Assembly (NCBI GenBank): GCA_046331705.1
Contig: JAXLQJ010000034.1
Coordinates: forward strand, 61,612 to 81,611
Direction of reading: 5' to 3'
DNA length: 20,000 nt
From: a bacterium
Lineage (GTDB): Bacteria; JADJOY01
The position numbers and the translations under genes are program-made. Within the stretch, counting starts at the first letter, position 1, and every line of letters starts with the position of its first letter. This document shows, one piece after another, positions 17,674 to 20,000 of this stretch. The notes beneath the pieces were generated by a model that saw nothing but the letters and a program-made list of their open reading frames with translations, did not search any database and was not told the DNA's origin.

Positions 17674-20000
17674 CCGACCCGTTTCGCCACCACCAGCACG
17701 GCCCGCGGCGGCATGCCGAACGTGTGCTCGACTCGTTCCACCTCGAAGCCCGCCTCGACGAAGAGCCGGCGAAGCGCGTCCGCCTCGTAGAAGCGGAACG
17801 TGCCCTCGTCGGCCAGGCGCAGCAGCCAGGCCGCCGAGCTCATGTATTCGCGCGCGCCGCGCAAGGGCGCCCGCCGTGGTGCCCTCGGGAGGCGCGACCA
17901 CGCCCGCGGCGATGTCCTCGATGAACCGCGTGTACACGCCGGAGAGGTCGGCGTCGGGACGGATGGACGAGGCCACCACGCAGGCACCTTCCGGAAGCAC
18001 GGCGTGGAGCCGGCGCAGGAATCCGAGCGCGTCGGGCAAGCACGAGAGGAAGAGGCTCATGAGCACGGCGCGCGCCGCGTGCAGGCTCGCGGGCGGCGGC
18101 TCGCACGCGGCATCCCACTCCTCCGCCGTGAACGGCACGCCGAGCGCGGCGGCGCGCCGCGCCGCTTGCTCGAGCACCTGCGGCACGAGATCGTAGGCGA
18201 TCACGCCGCGCGGGCGGCGCGGCAGGCGCGCCAGGAACGGGATCGAGTGGCCCATGCCGCCGCCGACGTCGTGGACCCAATCGTCGTCGCCGATCGCGAG
18301 CAGCTCGACCTGCCGCTGCATGAGCTCCCGGTACTCGCGGGTGGCGGCCAGCACGTCGAAGCCGAGGCTGCCGCCTTCCTCGCCCAGCATGTAGCCGCGC
18401 CAGTAGTCACGCGGCGAGGCGAGCTGGCTGCGCGGCGCCGCCGCCCATTCGGCCGCGGTCACGCGCTCGGCTTGCTCGCGCGTCGGCACGGCGATCACCG
18501 GGTCCAACACGTCGACCGCCGCCAGCAGATGGCGGATCACCGGCACGAACGAGATCACCGCCTCGGTGCTCTTGGTGGGGATGTGACCGCACGGGACGGT
18601 GACGAGCTTGCGCTCCACGGTGGGGGCGCAATCGAGGATGCTGCGGATGCGGTTCACGTTGACGAAGGCGTCGTAGACGCCGTGCACCCACAGGATCGGC
18701 ACGGTGAGCTTGGCGGCATCGGCCTGCGCGTCCTGGAGGAAGACCAGGCGGTGGCGGATGCCGTCGGCGCTCCAGCGATCGGTGTCGGCCAGCAGCCCGA
18801 GCACGTTCTGGACGTCGCCGTGGATCCCGGCGCGGTGCTTGGCCACGTAGTCGATGCCGCCCGACGCCATGCGCACCAGATCCTGGATGTCGGACGCACC
18901 CATCAGCTCGACCAACGTCGTGACGCGCAGCTCCTCGACGGCGGCGCGCAAGCAGAGCGGGCCCGAGAAGCTCATGCCGACCAGCGCGGTCGCCCGCGGC
19001 GGCGTCGCGAGCTTGTGGTGCGCGAAATCCACCGCCGCGCGCACGTCCTCGACGCAGGCCGAGAACGTGAGCCCGAGGGTCTCCTTGCCCGGCTCGCGGA
19101 ACTCGGGGTCCTTGTCGCTCTCGCCGAGGGCATTCGAGTAATCGAGTCGCAGCACGGCGAGATGACGCAAGTTGGCGTCGAACGACGCCGCCAGCACTTG
19201 CGCCAGGAGCGACGTCGATTCCTTGGTCTTCGCCCACGCGGGCGGGATCACCACCACGCTCGCCGGCCCGGGGTGCTCGACCTCGGTCCAGAGCCCCACG
19301 AGCTTGCGAGAGCCGGCGCGAAACTCGACACGGTCCGCGGCATAGGGCCGGATCGCCTCGCGCGGCGCCAGATCGGTGCCGGGATAGTCCTCCTCGATGG
19401 TGAGGCGAGCGTCCGCCACCGGGCGCGCCGCTCCTCCCTCGAGGAACGTGACGCCGACGGTGAACCCACCCCACGGCTGCGCCCGGTGATGCCGCACCGC
19501 CACCCGCTCGTGGCCGATGCAGCCGTCGCCGAAATCCAGATCGACGTCCAGGATCTTACCGACCTCGTGCTCCGGGCGAAGCTCGCGCTCGAAGTACGAG
19601 AAGCCGCGCGGCGAGACGTCGAAGATCGGCAAGGTCCGGCCCTCGATGACCACCGAGAGCGTGGAGTCGAGATCCAGCGCGAGCCGATCCTGCGCGCGCT
19701 GATCGGTGGCCGCGCACAGCGCGGGCAGCGAGAGCCGCGCCTCGTGCGACTCGAAGCCGAGAAGGTAGCCGTCCATCGAGAAGCTCTCGTGCCTGGCGAA
19801 CGTCGAATAGCACAGATAGTCCCCGGGCGCACCCAGCGCATGGGGGTTTTCGAGCGCCACGCGCAGATGGCGGCGCCCGGCGTCGTAGCCGATCGCCCGC
19901 GCCGTCACCGCACGCCCCGCGTACATGCGCGCGAACGTGAGCGGCGCCTGCTCGGCGACCAGCGACTCGAGCATCGCGGCGATCTGTGCCGGATCCACGA
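17670..20000 (-). CDS. Multidomain enzyme: YcgR-like/PilZ - LuxD-like alpha/beta acyl-thioesterase - class I SAM methyltransferase (probably 5'-partial; frameshift near 17865)
   Basis: PilZ RxxxR (RAQDR) and DxSxxG (DVSPRG). Hydrolase elbow VGMSFSG (Ser codon 18970-72), HGVYDAFV, PCGH. MTase motif I HDVGGGMG, acidic IAYDL, LRRLHAVLPEGACVV. The natural-looking C-terminus is in the alternative frame ending at TGA 17670. Confidence 0.8.

Noticed and set aside
11185-17790. Long plus-strand ORFs (11185-12555, 12579-15161, 14437-16302, 16318-17790)
   Set aside because: Antisense shadows of well-supported minus-strand genes, with Arg/Ala-rich or motif-less translations.
18514-19335. Bioluminescence (lux) operon
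   Set aside because: Only a LuxD-like domain is present; no luxA/B/C/E homologs in the window.
15007-19998. Single 1663-aa enzyme-kinase protein as listed in the ORF track
   Set aside because: The junction segment is non-protein-like, the proper MTase C-terminus is in another frame, and its stop overlaps the kinase ATG. Better explained as two genes plus a frameshift.

Overview
Very GC-rich bacterial DNA; the gene content resembles Myxococcota/Binatota/deltaproteobacteria-like lineages, but taxonomy cannot be fixed from this window. Left end: the 3' end of an unknown gene, a LysM-M23 peptidase and a convergent HDOD gene. On the + strand (2.4-10.9 kb): a complete chemosensory operon, cheA-cheW-mcp(38H)-cheY-cheB-cheR-cheX-cheY, preceded by a near-consensus sigma54 promoter. 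On the - strand (20 kb down to 11 kb): a tightly packed cassette encoding (i) a PilZ / LuxD-like acyl-thioesterase / SAM-methyltransferase multidomain enzyme, (ii) a 6-TM sensor with two kinase cores around a receiver, (iii) a REC-histidine kinase, (iv) a stand-alone FabF-type ketosynthase and (v) a sigma54 enhancer-binding response regulator. The 1663-aa ORF in the track is most likely two genes joined by a frameshift near 17865. The best candidate for a new system is this cassette: a possibly c-di-GMP-gated, fatty-acid-methyl-ester signal synthase/sensor circuit (analogous to Ralstonia phcBSR) that may drive the neighbouring che operon through sigma54. That function is inference, not shown by the sequence.
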